Notes under the pieces: model-generated
Seen by the model: the letters and a program-made list of their open reading frames with translations, nothing else
What the model was told of the DNA's origin: nothing
The model's database searches: none
Position numbers and translations under genes: made by a program
Part shown: positions 23,343 to 36,433 of the stretch, in pieces
Numbering within the stretch: position 1 is the first letter of the stretch
How the letters are laid out: every line of letters begins with the position of its first letter
DNA from: Myxococcota bacterium
Lineage (GTDB): Bacteria > Myxococcota_A > UBA9042 > PHBI01 > JACKFB01
Length of the DNA stretch: 64,000 nt
Direction of reading: 5' to 3'
Assembly (NCBI GenBank): GCA_051747385.1
Contig: JBNJGB010000033.1
Span: 164 to 64,163 of the forward strand

Positions 23343-25895
23343 TCAGGGGGCCGGCGTCCAGTCCCCGTCCCCGTCCGCGTCCACGAAGGCGGGGTTCGCG
23401 ATGGCCCACGGGGGGCGCCGCAGGCCCGCTTCCGGCGTACCGTCCGGGACGTGGACCGCGAAGACCCAGGCGTCCTCGTCGGCCGGCAGCTCCACGGTGT
23501 GCTCGATCCGGCGCGCCCCGTCCTCGGCGGCCACCGCGCTCACGTCCTCGTCGAGGAGCAGGCCGTCGTGGCTGCGCACCTCGACGCGGCCCAGGGGGAT
23601 CCAGTCGGGGGCTTCGAGGACGACCCGCGCGGTCAGCGGGGCCTCGGGCTGGGTGATCGTGTCGCCCATCCCGGCGCGTCGCCCCTCGGCGTCGACCAGC
23701 TCGATCGTCAACATCGGTCCGCCCGTGGCCACGACCCGGCCCGCCCGCAGGGCGTCCCACACGGTGTCGCCGTCGCCGAGCTGGACGAGCGTCCGGGGAC
23801 TCCCGAGCGAGTCGTCCACGCCGTGGGTGTCGCTCGTGGCCGTGCCGGTCCGGCGGATGCCCCGGTCCAGGAGACGGCTCCAGTCGTCCAGGACCTCCGG
23901 CGTGTCGGAGTGGCCGATGCCGTTGACCAGCTCCATCGCGTCGAAGCGCAGCAGGTCCGGGGACATCGCCTCGGGATCGAAGTCCACCGCGTCGAAGTAT
24001 GCGGCTCCCGAGAACCGCGGGTGGTTGACCTGGACGACGCCGCCCGGCGTGGCGGCGTCGAGGAGGTCCAGGAGCTCCGACGCCTCCAGGCCCGCCCAGT
24101 CCGGCGTCCCGTGGCCGGCCCGCTCCGGATCGATCTCCAGGGGCCACACGTTGAAGTGCCCGAGGGTCGCGGTGCTCACCTCGGCGCCGGCGGCCACCTG
24201 GAGGGCGTCCTCCGGGAGGCCGGCCTCGGCCAGCGCGGGTCCGTAGTCGCTCACGAAGTCATGGTCGGTGGCCACGAGGACGTCCAGCCCGTCGGCCACC
24301 GCGCTCACGACGCGGTGGGTGTCCAGCGCCTCGCTGTCGGTCGACTGCTCCGCGTGGACGTGGAGGTCGCAGGCCATCCAGTCCGTGGTGTCGACCACCT
24401 GGTCCAGGACCACGTCGAGCGTGGCGACGTCGCCCGGCGAAAGCTCCAGCCGGTCCCGGTGCTCGCTCCAGGCCGGCCCGCGGTGGACCCAGACGTCCCA
24501 GCCGCCGGGCGGGAGGCGGAAGCTCGCGGTGCCGTCCGCGTCCACGAAGGAGTGCCTCCGGCCGTCGTCGGCCCGGGCCGTCAGGCGGAACGCGACCGGC
24601 TGGTCGGCCGGATCGGTGACGCTCAGGTCGACCCTCGGCGCCGCGGCGGCGACGAGGTCCGCCGTCGCCGAGCCCGACGCCGGATCCACTTCGGCGACCG
24701 CTCCATCCCCATCCACTGCGTGCCCCGGACCGGCGGGGCGGCCGTTGCCGTCTCCGAGCCAGATGGCCGCGAGCCGGGACGTCTCGGGCGGCACCTCGCA
24801 CTCGAAGCGACCCTCCGCGTCGAGGGGGCAGCGCGTCAGCGGGGCGTCGTCGTCGTCGCGCGCCTCCACCAGGACGCCGGGCCAGGCGGCCTCCACCTCG
24901 CCGGAGACGGTGGCCAGCGGCCGGCCCACGGCCCCGGACGCTGCGGCCATGGCGCCCGCGAGGTCCCCGGGGCGCGACGAGACCGCCAGGTGCCGCACGG
25001 CGACGGCCCCCTCCGGCGGGACGTCGAGGCCCGACCACACGAGGGCCTTGATGCCGGCGGCGTCGATGGACGTGCGCGGCGTCTCCGTGGAGATGGCGTA
25101 CGCCGGCGCGAGCGGCTCGGCGACCACGGGCGCGAGGCCGACCAGGTCCGCCTCCCCCGACATGGCGCCGCTCTGGCCGCGGCCCGGGACCCACAGGCGG
25201 ACCGCGCCGCCCCAGAGGGAGAAGTCGCCGGTCATCACCACCTCCGACCCCTCGGCGGTCGGCTCCAGGTGCGTCTCGATCCGGAGGATCGGGCTGTCCG
25301 GCGCGAGCGTGTAGACGTGACGCATCCGGACGCGGGGCGCGTCGAGCTCGAACACCTCGTGGATGAGGGGGAACGGCGCCAGCTCGCCTCGCACCTCGAC
25401 CCGCGCGACGCCGTCCGGGCCGTCGTCGAGGATCTCCACGGCGTCCGGTCGCAGGAGCCAGAGCTCCGCCGTCACGGCAAGCTCCCGCAGGGCGTCGTCT
25501 CCCACCTGAGAGCCGTCCGGAGCCAGGGCGACGGCGTCCACCACGTGGCCTCCCGTCAGCCCGTGCAGCGCGTGGCCCTCGACCCGGTCCCGGACCACGA
25601 AGCGGGCGCGGGCGTTCTCCAGCACCACGTCACCGGGCAGCGCGGCCGCCAGGTGACCCGTGGGGGCCTCCTCCGGGCACTCGATGCGCCGCGCGCGCAC
25701 CTCGTCGGCGGACGGGGGCGGCGCAGGGCACGACGGGATCGGCGGGCCGAGGTCGGTCTCCCCGTCGACGGCATGCGCGTCTTCCGGGGCGGTGTCGACG
25801 TCGGCGTCACGGTCGTCCACCGCGCCCCCGCCGTCGTCGCACGCGGCGAGCAGGGGGAGCACGAGGCACGGAGCGAGGAGGCGTCGGAAGTTCAT
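23343..25895 (-). CDS. CehA/McbA-family PHP metallohydrolase lipoprotein
   Basis: Lipobox LLAA-C; DLHVHAEQSTDS, ATDHD, GHFN, NHPR, SDTH. Confidence 0.85.
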   Translation of the reverse strand: MNFRRLLAPCLVLPLLAACDDGGGAVDDRDADVDTAPEDAHAVDGETDLGPPIPSCPAPPPSADEVRARRIECPEEAPTGHLAAALPGDVVLENARARFVVRDRVEGHALHGLTGGHVVDAVALAPDGSQVGDDALRELAVTAELWLLRPDAVEILDDGPDGVARVEVRGELAPFPLIHEVFELDAPRVRMRHVYTLAPDSPILRIETHLEPTAEGSEVVMTGDFSLWGGAVRLWVPGRGQSGAMSGEADLVGLAPVVAEPLAPAYAISTETPRTSIDAAGIKALVWSGLDVPPEGAVAVRHLAVSSRPGDLAGAMAAASGAVGRPLATVSGEVEAAWPGVLVEARDDDDAPLTRCPLDAEGRFECEVPPETSRLAAIWLGDGNGRPAGPGHAVDGDGAVAEVDPASGSATADLVAAAAPRVDLSVTDPADQPVAFRLTARADDGRRHSFVDADGTASFRLPPGGWDVWVHRGPAWSEHRDRLELSPGDVATLDVVLDQVVDTTDWMACDLHVHAEQSTDSEALDTHRVVSAVADGLDVLVATDHDFVSDYGPALAEAGLPEDALQVAAGAEVSTATLGHFNVWPLEIDPERAGHGTPDWAGLEASELLDLLDAATPGGVVQVNHPRFSGAAYFDAVDFDPEAMSPDLLRFDAMELVNGIGHSDTPEVLDDWSRLLDRGIRRTGTATSDTHGVDDSLGSPRTLVQLGDGDTVWDALRAGRVVATGGPMLTIELVDAEGRRAGMGDTITQPEAPLTARVVLEAPDWIPLGRVEVRSHDGLLLDEDVSAVAAEDGARRIEHTVELPADEDAWVFAVHVPDGTPEAGLRRPPWAIANPAFVDADGDGDWTPAP

Positions 25896-25986
25896 GCCGG
25901 GCATCCTCCGGCCTGCCGGGACCCGGGTCAACGGCGCTCCTCCGCGCCCCGTCACCTCTGCTCCGCGCTCCCCCGTCCGGCCGCGG

Positions 25987-27108
25987 CTACCCGGAGGGGT
26001 GGAGGACGCAGGCGCCGACGCAGCGGCTCCGCCACTTCGCCCTCAATGCCTCGCGGACCCGGGACATGGGGAAGGCCTCGGAGACGTGGGGCCGCAGGAG
26101 CCCCTGCTCGACCCAGGACGCGAGGCCGGCCAGGCGCTCGACCCGGATGCCGGGGTCGTGCTGGGTGGCGATGACCGTGGGGCAGCCCATGACGTGGAGG
26201 CCCTTCATCATGATGAGGTTCGTGGGCAGCACGTTGGCGTTCGGGGCGCCCCGGCGGCCGCGGCCTCGCGCCACGAAGGGCGTCGCGGCCCAGCCGACGA
26301 CGAGGAACCGGGCCCCGAAGCGCACGCAGCGCAGGCTCTCCAGGGAGACGTCCCCGCCGACGCCGTCGTACACCACGTCGACGCCCCGGTCGCCCGTGAG
26401 CGCCTTCACGTCGTCCCGGAAGCGCCGGACGCCGCCCTCGTCGTCCGCGATGGGGAGGACGTGGTCGGCGCCCTGGGAGCGGACGACCTCCAGCTTGTCG
26501 GGCGAGCGGCCCGTGGCGATGACGGTCGCGCCCAGGATCTTCGCCACGTGGACGGCCGCCAGGCCCGTCGTGCCGGACGCGCCGTGGATCAGCACGGTCT
26601 CCCCAGCCTGGAGGGCGCCACAGTGGACGAGGCAGTGCCACGCGGTCTCGTAGCTGCCCAGGAAGCAGGCTCCCTGGTCCCAGGTGAACGACGCCGGCAG
26701 GGGGCGCAGCGCCTCGGCGGGCGCCACCGCGTAGGACGCGAACCCGCCCCACCGCTGGTAGTCGCCTCCGGAGCGCGGGCCGGTGAGGAGGCCGTCGGCC
26801 ATGACGGGGTCTCCGACGGCCACATCGCCCGGATCGACGTCCGGCCCGGTCCAGACGACCTCGCCGCTGTACTCCATGCCCGGGCAGTAAGGCGGGGACG
26901 GCATGTGCTGGTACTGGCCGCTGGTCATCAGCAGGTCCACCCAGCCCACGGCGGCGCTCCGCACGGCGACCACCACGTCGCGGGGGCCCAGGCCCGATGG
27001 GTCCGGAGGGGCCTGCTCCTCGACGACGACGTGGCGGTCGACGGCGTCCAGCGGGGTCTCGCCGAACGCCTGGACGACGACTCTTCTGCCGGGGGGCCCG
27101 TAGCTCAT
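25987..27108 (-). CDS. NADPH:quinone oxidoreductase (MDR family)
   Basis: PGMEYSG, TVLIHGASGTTGLAAV, GVDVVYDGVGG. Confidence 0.9.
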   Translation of the reverse strand: MSYGPPGRRVVVQAFGETPLDAVDRHVVVEEQAPPDPSGLGPRDVVVAVRSAAVGWVDLLMTSGQYQHMPSPPYCPGMEYSGEVVWTGPDVDPGDVAVGDPVMADGLLTGPRSGGDYQRWGGFASYAVAPAEALRPLPASFTWDQGACFLGSYETAWHCLVHCGALQAGETVLIHGASGTTGLAAVHVAKILGATVIATGRSPDKLEVVRSQGADHVLPIADDEGGVRRFRDDVKALTGDRGVDVVYDGVGGDVSLESLRCVRFGARFLVVGWAATPFVARGRGRRGAPNANVLPTNLIMMKGLHVMGCPTVIATQHDPGIRVERLAGLASWVEQGLLRPHVSEAFPMSRVREALRAKWRSRCVGACVLHPSG

Positions 27109-27142
27109 GTCGGCCTCGAACGTCCGGAGGTTCTCCGACGTT

Positions 27143-28195
27143 CTACCATGCCCTCCGGCGTCGCAGGGCCACCGGCAGGAGTGCCAGCAGCATCCAGAGG
27201 CTCCGGCTCCACGGGGCGCCGGCCCCGGCGCAGCCGGAGTCGTCGTCCGAGCCGCCTCCGGCCTCTCCGGAGGGCTCGCCCCCCGACGCGTTGTCGCCGA
27301 AGAACACGTCGCCGCCGAACGCGTCGCCGACCGAGAGGTCCCCGCCAGAGGCGTCCCCGGAGGCGTCCCCGGCAAAGACGTCCCAGGACGCTGCATCGGG
27401 CGAGGGCCCGGCGTCCGGGGTGCCACGGGGGCTGCCCGCGTCCATCGGGCCGTCCGCCCACGGCTCCGTGTCGACCGCGGGTGGGGGCGGCTCCCACGTG
27501 AACGGCCGCACCGGCGCCGTGGCCATCCGGTCCATCAGGGGCTGGCAGTCCTCGAGCACGTCGCAGCCCTCGCCGGTGGCCTCGGCGCACGCGGCGACGT
27601 CCGGGTCCGGGGCCGGAGCGGGATCGACCCTGCTCCAGTCGATGTCCGAGACGTACTCGCAGAGCTGGGTGCAGATGTCGGGAGGCGGGATGGGGGCGTC
27701 CTGGGCCGCCACGACGTCGGAGCACCCGAAGAGGTTGGAGCAGGCGTCGGGACAGCCGAGCGGCGGCGCGGTGGCGTTCGGGTCCACCTGGCACACCCCG
27801 TCGGCACACTCGGCGTCCTCGGGGCAGTGCCAGTCCTGGTCGCACGTGATCCCGACGCCGGCGCACACGCCCGCCAGGCACATGCCCACCTCGCCGCACT
27901 CCTCGGCCACCGTGCACGTCGGCACGCACTGTCCCAGGACGCACGCGGGCTGCTCCACGGGTCCCTCGTCCTGGTCCACGGGGCAGTCGATGTCCACCTC
28001 GCACTCCGGCTCCGGCGGATCGTAGGCGTCCACGTCCGGTTGCGGCCCGCCGACGTCTTCGGCGCCCGGTGGGGCGTCGTCGACCACGTCGGGCCCCGGC
28101 CCGGTGTCGTAGGGGGGAAGCTCCGCGCGAGCATCGGGCGTGCCGGCGAAGGCGAGCAGGCTCGTGGCGAGGGCGACGCGGGCGAGTACGTGCAC
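27143..28195 (-). CDS. Cys-rich secreted protein with C-terminal MYXO-CTERM tag
   Basis: Signal peptide (PDARA|E), CxxDxxC repeats, acidic linker, SGCAGAGAPWSRSLWMLLALLPVALRRRR. Confidence 0.8.
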   Translation of the reverse strand: MHVLARVALATSLLAFAGTPDARAELPPYDTGPGPDVVDDAPPGAEDVGGPQPDVDAYDPPEPECEVDIDCPVDQDEGPVEQPACVLGQCVPTCTVAEECGEVGMCLAGVCAGVGITCDQDWHCPEDAECADGVCQVDPNATAPPLGCPDACSNLFGCSDVVAAQDAPIPPPDICTQLCEYVSDIDWSRVDPAPAPDPDVAACAEATGEGCDVLEDCQPLMDRMATAPVRPFTWEPPPPAVDTEPWADGPMDAGSPRGTPDAGPSPDAASWDVFAGDASGDASGGDLSVGDAFGGDVFFGDNASGGEPSGEAGGGSDDDSGCAGAGAPWSRSLWMLLALLPVALRRRRAW

Positions 28196-28237
28196 GGCGG
28201 GACTCCTGGTCGGTCGGATCGGGTCGACGCGATCCCT

Positions 28238-28253
28238 TGCAGGCCCCGTGCCA
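28238..28253 (-). promoter_or_regulatory. sigma54 (-24/-12) promoter of the MYXO-CTERM gene
   Basis: Minus strand TGGCACGGGGCCTGCA (GG-N10-GC), about 43 bp upstream of GTG 28195. Confidence 0.7.
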
Positions 28254-28411
28254 CCCGGAAGTGCCGGAGATCACACCATGGACGCCTGGGCCGCATGAGG
28301 CGGACGACCACAGGTGTAAAGATCCTGCAGGAGGGCTCGGAACAGCCGCCCGACGGCCCACCGCGCCCGACCCGCTCGCGGGCGAAGGAGGCGGAGCTGT
28401 GGCTCCGAGGT

Positions 28412-29743
28412 TCAGCCCAGGCCGTAGCGTTTGAGCTTGTCGTACAGGGTGCGCTCGCCGATGCCGAGGCGCTCGGCGGCCTTCCGGCGGTTGCCCCCGA
28501 CGGCGTCCAGGGCCTCCCGGACGGCCTCTCGCTCGAGGTCCGCCAGGGTGGTGGGCCGCGGCGCGGAGGGCCTCGTGGAGGCGGACGGCGCGCCGGCCAG
28601 GTGAGCCGCCGTCAAGGTCGGCCCGTCGGCCAGGATCGCCGCCCGCTCCAGGGCATTCGCCAGCTCCCGGACGTTGCCGGGCCAGTCGCGCGTCCGGAGG
28701 GCCTCCCGGGCGCCGTCGTCCAGCGCCAGGCCGGGGCGTCCCACCTGGCGGCCGATGCGGGCCAGGAGGTGCTCCGCCAGGGGCACGATGTCCTCGCGGC
28801 GCTCCCGGAGCGGCGGCAGCCGCACGGGGAACACCGCGAGGCGGTGATACAGGTCCTCGCGGAAGCGCCCGGCCTCCATCGCCTCGGCCAGGTCCCGGTT
28901 CGTGGCGGCGATCCAGCGGACGTCCACCTCCAGGGTCCGGTTCCCGCCGACCCGCTCGAACCGCTGCTCCTGGATGACGCGCAGGAGCTTCGCCTGGAGA
29001 TCCGGCTTCAGCTCGCCCACCTCGTCCAGGAAGAAGGTGCCGCCGTCCGCCAGCTCCACCTTGCCGCGGCGGCGGGCGGTGGCGCCGGTGAACGCGCCCT
29101 TTTCGTGGCCGAACAGCTCGCTCTCCAGGAGCGTCTCGGACAGGGCGGCGCAGTTGACGGCCACGAACGGGCCCTCGGCGCGGCGGCTCCAGCGGTGGAC
29201 GGCCCGGGCGGCGACCTCCTTGCCCGTGCCGCTCTCTCCGACCAGGAGGACGGTGGCGTCCGTCCGGGCCACCTTCCGCAGCGCCTCCACGACCGGGGCC
29301 ATGGCCGGTGCCCCGAAGGAGAGGGGATCCTCGCCCTGCTCGTGGAGCGCCTCCGCCCGCTCCCGGACCTCCCGGAGGCGGCGCCGCTCCAGGGCCCGCT
29401 CGATGACGAGCCTCAGCTCGGCCGGGCTGTCTAGGGGCTTCTGGAGGTACTCGAACGCGCCGCGCTTCATGGCCTCCACGGCGGTGTCCACCGTCCCGTG
29501 GGCCGTGAGGACGACGACCTCCATCTCCGGCTGCTCCTCTCGCGCCTTGCGGAGCAGACTCATGCCGCCCAGGCCGGGCATCTTGAGGTCGGTCAGGAGG
29601 AGGTGGAAGCCGGATCGCTCCAGCAGCCGCGCGGCCTCGTCGCCGTCCGCCGCCAGGGTCACGTCGTGCCCCTCGTCCTCGAGGACCTCCCCGAGGAAGC
29701 TGCGCAGGCCCTCCTCGTCGTCCGCCACCAGGATGCGCGCCAT
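28412..29743 (-). CDS. sigma54-dependent response regulator (NtrC/ZraR family)
   Basis: REC domain (ADDE, DLKMP), [29 protein letters not shown], Fis-type HTH. Confidence 0.95.
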   Translation of the reverse strand: MARILVADDEEGLRSFLGEVLEDEGHDVTLAADGDEAARLLERSGFHLLLTDLKMPGLGGMSLLRKAREEQPEMEVVVLTAHGTVDTAVEAMKRGAFEYLQKPLDSPAELRLVIERALERRRLREVRERAEALHEQGEDPLSFGAPAMAPVVEALRKVARTDATVLLVGESGTGKEVAARAVHRWSRRAEGPFVAVNCAALSETLLESELFGHEKGAFTGATARRRGKVELADGGTFFLDEVGELKPDLQAKLLRVIQEQRFERVGGNRTLEVDVRWIAATNRDLAEAMEAGRFREDLYHRLAVFPVRLPPLRERREDIVPLAEHLLARIGRQVGRPGLALDDGAREALRTRDWPGNVRELANALERAAILADGPTLTAAHLAGAPSASTRPSAPRPTTLADLEREAVREALDAVGGNRRKAAERLGIGERTLYDKLKRYGLG

Positions 29744-29763
29744 CGCTCCTCCTCGACCCGGGC

Positions 29764-31005
29764 TCAGCGGGGAACCTCCACGCGGAAGACGGCGCCGCCC
29801 TCCGGGTGGTTCGTCGCCGTGATCCGACCCCCGTGAGCCTCCACGATACGTCGCGCGACGGCCAGCCCCAGCCCCGTGCCCCGGATGCGGCCGGTCCGGA
29901 AGGGCTCGAAGATGTGCTCCTCGTCGCCGGGGCGGATGCCGGGGCCGTGATCGCGGATCGTGAAGACGAGGCGATCCCCCTCGCGGCGGGCGGAGGCCTC
30001 CACGGCCGCGTCCGGCGGGCCGGCCTGGGCGGCGTTCGCGAGCACGTTCGAGAGGACCTGCTCCATCCGGAGCCGGTCCAGGGACCAGCGGTCCGGCGCC
30101 TCCGACGCGTCGACCCGGACCTCCGCGCCGCGCACGCTCTCGGCGGCCGCGCGGAGGAGCGCCCCGGGGTCGGAGGCTTCCCGCGTCACGTCTCCGGAGC
30201 GCGCGAAGTCCAGGACCTGGCCGCTCAGGTGCTCCAGGCGGACGGCCTCGGCCACCACGCGGGCGGCCTTGTCGCGCTCCCGGCTGCCCTCGGGGAGGCG
30301 CTCCTCCAGGAGCTGGGCGTGGCCCTTGAGGGACGCCAGGGGGTTGCGAAGCTCGTGGCCCAGGACGGCCGACATCTCACCGAGGGCCGCGAGGTGCCGG
30401 TCCCGGGCCAGCCGACGCTCCGCCTGCCGGGCGCGCGCGGACAGGCGCCAGAACACGAGGCCGGCCACCACGAGGAGCAGGGCCGAGGCCCCACCCACGA
30501 CGAGGGTCCGCGTAGCCCGGGCCCGAAGAGCCTGGGAGGCCACGGGCTCGAACTCGAGCACGATCCGCGGGAAGTCGGGGCGGCGGTGGCGCGCATGGCG
30601 CCGGTGGCGGGGCGGGCCCAGCGGCGCCACGACGCGGACGCGGTCGCCCTCCCGGGAGAAGCCGTGCCGGGGTGGGAGCGTCTCCGGGTCCACGGAGCCG
30701 GCGGGCGTCCCGGCCACGTGCCGGATGCGGCCGCTCGCGACCACGGCCACGTAGCGGAGGCCCTCCTCGGCGTGGTCCGCCAGCACCTCCTCGAGGACCG
30801 CCGGGCGCTCGTCCGGTGGGACCCGGAGGGCGCGCCGGACGGCGAAGGCCATGTCGGCGCCGCGGGCGCGCTCCACGGCCCGGGAGGCCTCCCGGGCGCT
30901 GGACCAGCTCGCGACGCTCGTGGCCAGCAGCGCCGCCCCGAGCCCGAGCGTGGTCGCCAGGAGCCCCCAGCGCGCCCAGCCTCGGGATGTCGGTGACTCG
31001 CTCAT
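29764..31005 (-). CDS. Membrane sensor histidine kinase (ZraS-like)
   Basis: Two TMs; HELRNPL H-box; NVLANA, DHGPG and GTGLGL boxes. Confidence 0.92.
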   Translation of the reverse strand: MSESPTSRGWARWGLLATTLGLGAALLATSVASWSSAREASRAVERARGADMAFAVRRALRVPPDERPAVLEEVLADHAEEGLRYVAVVASGRIRHVAGTPAGSVDPETLPPRHGFSREGDRVRVVAPLGPPRHRRHARHRRPDFPRIVLEFEPVASQALRARATRTLVVGGASALLLVVAGLVFWRLSARARQAERRLARDRHLAALGEMSAVLGHELRNPLASLKGHAQLLEERLPEGSRERDKAARVVAEAVRLEHLSGQVLDFARSGDVTREASDPGALLRAAAESVRGAEVRVDASEAPDRWSLDRLRMEQVLSNVLANAAQAGPPDAAVEASARREGDRLVFTIRDHGPGIRPGDEEHIFEPFRTGRIRGTGLGLAVARRIVEAHGGRITATNHPEGGAVFRVEVPR

Positions 31006-31085
31006 GATCGCCTCCGGCCCGGGCCGACGATACGGGAGGTCGCCGGCCCGGGCCATCCGCGCCCGGCTGCGCGCCGGGGGAGGAC

Positions 31086-31580
31086 CTACCGGCCCATGGG
31101 GCAGTTCGGACCGCCCGGGCCGCCGCCGCGCCGGCCCCGCTTGCCGCGCTTGCCGCGACGCGTCTTCCGGTCGTGGCGCCGCTCCTGCATCTCGAGGAAC
31201 TTCCCGCGCTGCTCGGCGTCCAGGACCTCGAAGACGTCGAGCCGGTGATCGAGGCGCAGGCTCCGGAGCTGGCTGTGGATGGCGTGGATCTCGGCGGCCT
31301 TGGCCTGGATGGCCGCCCGGTCGAGCTCGGGCACCCGCCAGAGCTGCTTCATCTCCTCGCGGGCCGCGTCCATCTCCTTGCGGAGGGGCTCCGCCTCCTT
31401 CCTCATCTGCTGGCGCAGCGCCTCGACCGCCTCCTGCTGGTCGGGGGTCAGGTCGAGGGCCTCGATCAGGCGCTCGCCTCTCGGGCCTCTCTGGCCGCCC
31501 GGGCCGAACGCCATCGCGGCGGGGGCGGCGACGAGCGCCGCGATCAGGGTGGTCAGGGTCAGGGTTCGGATGCGCTTCAT
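31086..31580 (-). CDS. Periplasmic Spy/CpxP/ZraP-family protein
   Basis: AAGGAGG RBS, signal peptide (AMA|F), LDLTPDQQ and VLDAEQR LTxxQ-type motifs. Confidence 0.88.
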   Translation of the reverse strand: MKRIRTLTLTTLIAALVAAPAAMAFGPGGQRGPRGERLIEALDLTPDQQEAVEALRQQMRKEAEPLRKEMDAAREEMKQLWRVPELDRAAIQAKAAEIHAIHSQLRSLRLDHRLDVFEVLDAEQRGKFLEMQERRHDRKTRRGKRGKRGRRGGGPGGPNCPMGR

Positions 31581-31619
31581 GGGACACCTCCTTGGCTTGC
31601 GTCCTCGCCCCGCCCCAGG

Positions 31620-31635
31620 AGCACACTCCGTGCCA
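31620..31635 (-). promoter_or_regulatory. sigma54 (-24/-12) promoter of the Spy/ZraP-kinase-EBP genes
   Basis: Minus strand TGGCACGGAGTGTGCT (GG-N10-GC), 40 bp upstream of ATG 31580. Confidence 0.8.
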
Positions 31636-31723
31636 TCCGCCCCAGGGTCGCTCCAAGTTACGGAAAACAAAGGAGTCGCGTCCTGGGGTGGGGCCCGGGA
31701 CCGCTCGCCGTGCCTCCGCGGAT

Positions 31724-31760
31724 CTGCAGATTCCGCAGGAGCGGGCTGCGGGATCTGCAG
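31724..31760. promoter_or_regulatory. Tandem palindromic upstream activating sequences (candidate EBP sites)
   Basis: CTGCAGATTCCGCAG (31724-31738) and CTGCGGGATCTGCAG (31746-31760): CTGC-N7-GCAG, 22 bp apart, about 90-125 bp upstream of the -24 box. Confidence 0.65.
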
Positions 31761-31801
31761 GACGACGCGTGGTCGTTGCAAGGGACCGGAATGACGGAGG
31801 T

Positions 31802-33046
31802 TCAGGCGAGCGCCTCGCGGAGGAGGCGGAGCCCCTGGACCCCCAGGAAGGCGAGGCGGGAGCCACGGGCGCCGGTGGCGGCCAGGAGCGTCCCGACGAC
31901 CCGGCGCTCGCCCCAGAGGCGCTCGATGACGCTGCCCGAGCTCGCGGTGCAGGCGTCCATCCAGCGGATGCGGTCGGTGGCCGCCACGCGCTCGATGTTG
32001 TGGACCTCCAGCACCAGGCCGGGGGAGCAGCGGGCCCAGGCCTCGTCGTAGGCGACCTTGAACGCGAAGGCCGCGCGGTGGTTCGCGGGTGCGAGGAGGT
32101 TGCACTGGTAGGCCACGGGCCGGTCGTCGACCAGGAGCGCCTGGAAGTCCAGCCGCCCGCGAGCGTGGGCGGCTTCCACGATCCGCGCGAAGTACGCCCG
32201 GTGCGCGGTGCGCGTGGCGAGGGAGCCGCCCGACGAGCCCTTCCAACCGCGGTGCTCCACCTCGAGGAACCCCCGGATCCACGGCTCCGAATCGGCGTCC
32301 TCGGCGAGCGCCTCGAAGCGCATGTCGCCCGCCTCGGACAGGCGCCGGCGACCCCGATTGATGTTGCGGCGCCGCTTCCCCGACAGGGTCCCCCGGATGT
32401 ACGCATCCGCGTCCGGCCCCGGCGCCAGGACCGGTCGCCGCCGCGAGCCCAGCACCCTCCTGGGCAGGTCGGCGGCCTCCAGCGCCTCGTCCAGGGCGCG
32501 GTGGAGCGGGCCCTGCAGACCGATCTCCTCCAGCTCGAGCAGAGGCGTGGCGGGAGAGGCCGTGGAGGTCCAGCGGAGCAGCCCCTCGAACGCCACCCGC
32601 GCGTCTTCCGCGTCCACCAGCGGCGTGGAGAGGAAGCAGTACGGGTGCGACCACGTCGTCCAGTACGCCACGGGGAGCCCCCGATAGCGCGGGCGCCGGA
32701 TCATCGGGAACGCGCCCAGGAGCTGCAGCCCGTCCGCGTCCACCGTCGCCACCAGGACCACGCGCACCTGCTCGCTCCTCCTCAGGAGGCGCAGCGCGGG
32801 ACCGAGCATCCAGTGCTCGTGGAAGACGTTGGGCTCCAGCGCCCGCGACGCCAGGGCGTCCCACGCCTCCATCCAGGGCGAGAGATCCCCTCCGGGCGGG
32901 ACGTCGATCACCAGGGCGTCCCGCCCGTCGTGGGCGAGGAAGCTCGAGGTCCGGGGGGCCGCGTCGGAGGACGCCGCGTCGTTCGCGTTCGCCCGCGCGA
33001 GGGGCACCCCGAACAGCGAGCCGTCGAGCCGGGGCAGCACCAGCAT
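31802..33046 (-). CDS. GNAT acetyltransferase (CelD/BcsL-like, Acetyltransf_6)
   Basis: EPNVFHEHW, LSGKRRRNINRGRRRL, EHRGWKG, FKVAYDEAWARCSPG. Confidence 0.85.
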   Translation of the reverse strand: MLVLPRLDGSLFGVPLARANANDAASSDAAPRTSSFLAHDGRDALVIDVPPGGDLSPWMEAWDALASRALEPNVFHEHWMLGPALRLLRRSEQVRVVLVATVDADGLQLLGAFPMIRRPRYRGLPVAYWTTWSHPYCFLSTPLVDAEDARVAFEGLLRWTSTASPATPLLELEEIGLQGPLHRALDEALEAADLPRRVLGSRRRPVLAPGPDADAYIRGTLSGKRRRNINRGRRRLSEAGDMRFEALAEDADSEPWIRGFLEVEHRGWKGSSGGSLATRTAHRAYFARIVEAAHARGRLDFQALLVDDRPVAYQCNLLAPANHRAAFAFKVAYDEAWARCSPGLVLEVHNIERVAATDRIRWMDACTASSGSVIERLWGERRVVGTLLAATGARGSRLAFLGVQGLRLLREALA

Positions 33047-33118
33047 GTCGCTACCATGGGGATGGTGGGGAAGGTCTCATACTACCAACCACACCGTCGG
33101 ACGCCAGCCCCGGCCGCG

Positions 33119-33664
33119 TCAGCCGACGACGTCGAAGTCGTGGACGTCCTTGCCCTCCTCGGCGGACAGGATGTCCAGCGCCGCCGCGGCCCCGTCCCCG
33201 GCCGAGATGATCGCCTGGATCTTGTCCGGCCGCGTGGTCCACCCGCTGACGTACAGCCGCTCGATGGACGTCCGGCCGTTCTCGTCGGAGCGGATGGTCT
33301 TCCCGTCCTTGTCCAGGCCGAGCTGCTCCGCGAGAACGTGCTTCGGTCCCGTGGCCAGGAGGAGGTAGCGCCCCTCGTGGCGCTCGCCCCGATCCGTCGT
33401 GATCGCGAAGCCGGTCTCCGTCCGCTCGGCCCCCTCCACGGTCGCGTCGATCAGCTCGGCGCCCTGGTTGAGGACCTGCTTGCGTGCGAGCTCCTGGAAG
33501 CGGCTGCCCGTCGTCTCGGGGACGCCCAGGTAGTTGTAGAGCATCGCCTTGTGCATCGGCGTGTCGTCGCGCCCGAAGACCTTCACCTCCTGGCCGCTCT
33601 TCGCCAGGAACAGGGCCGCGCTGAGGCCCGCCGGGCCGTCGCCCACCACCAGGATCGTCGCCAT
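33119..33664 (-). CDS. Short FAD/NAD(P)-binding oxidoreductase (thioredoxin-reductase-like FAD domain)
   Basis: VVGDGPAGLSAA, LLATG, QAIISAGDGAAAA. Confidence 0.85.
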   Translation of the reverse strand: MATILVVGDGPAGLSAALFLAKSGQEVKVFGRDDTPMHKAMLYNYLGVPETTGSRFQELARKQVLNQGAELIDATVEGAERTETGFAITTDRGERHEGRYLLLATGPKHVLAEQLGLDKDGKTIRSDENGRTSIERLYVSGWTTRPDKIQAIISAGDGAAAALDILSAEEGKDVHDFDVVG

Positions 33665-33848
33665 GTGTTCCTCCTCGTTCCGATTGGGGACCGGCGACCG
33701 TAGGACACGGCTCTGCTCCGGGCAACCTCACGCGAGGTCTTCCGCAGGGCGATCGCAAAGTCGGAGAAGTGAGGGCCGCCCGGCGGTACGGCGCCAGGCG
33801 CGGGATTGCACCCGCTCGGAAACGATGGGTTTTGCGCGTCTGAGAGCA

Positions 33849-33878
33849 GGCAAGGGCAACGGCAACGGCAACGGCAAG
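33849..33878 (+). repeat. GGCAA(G/C) hexamer x5 upstream of glnS
   Basis: GGCAAG GGCAAC GGCAAC GGCAAC GGCAAG. Confidence 0.85.
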
Positions 33879-33990
33879 GGAGGGCGGTCGACTTTGCGAC
33901 CGCCCTGGGGTCTTCCGTCCCCGCGGCGACGTGGTAGAAGGGCGCGGCGCGTCGGGGAGGGCCCGGCGCCCCGGAGGAGGAGAGGAACGG

Positions 33991-36354
<2,364 letters not shown>

Positions 36355-36433
36355 CTCAGGGGACCACAGTCCGATGTCCGGAAGACGTACAGGCGGCGAC
36401 GCCAACCGGGCCACGTGAGCAGCAGGATGCCGC

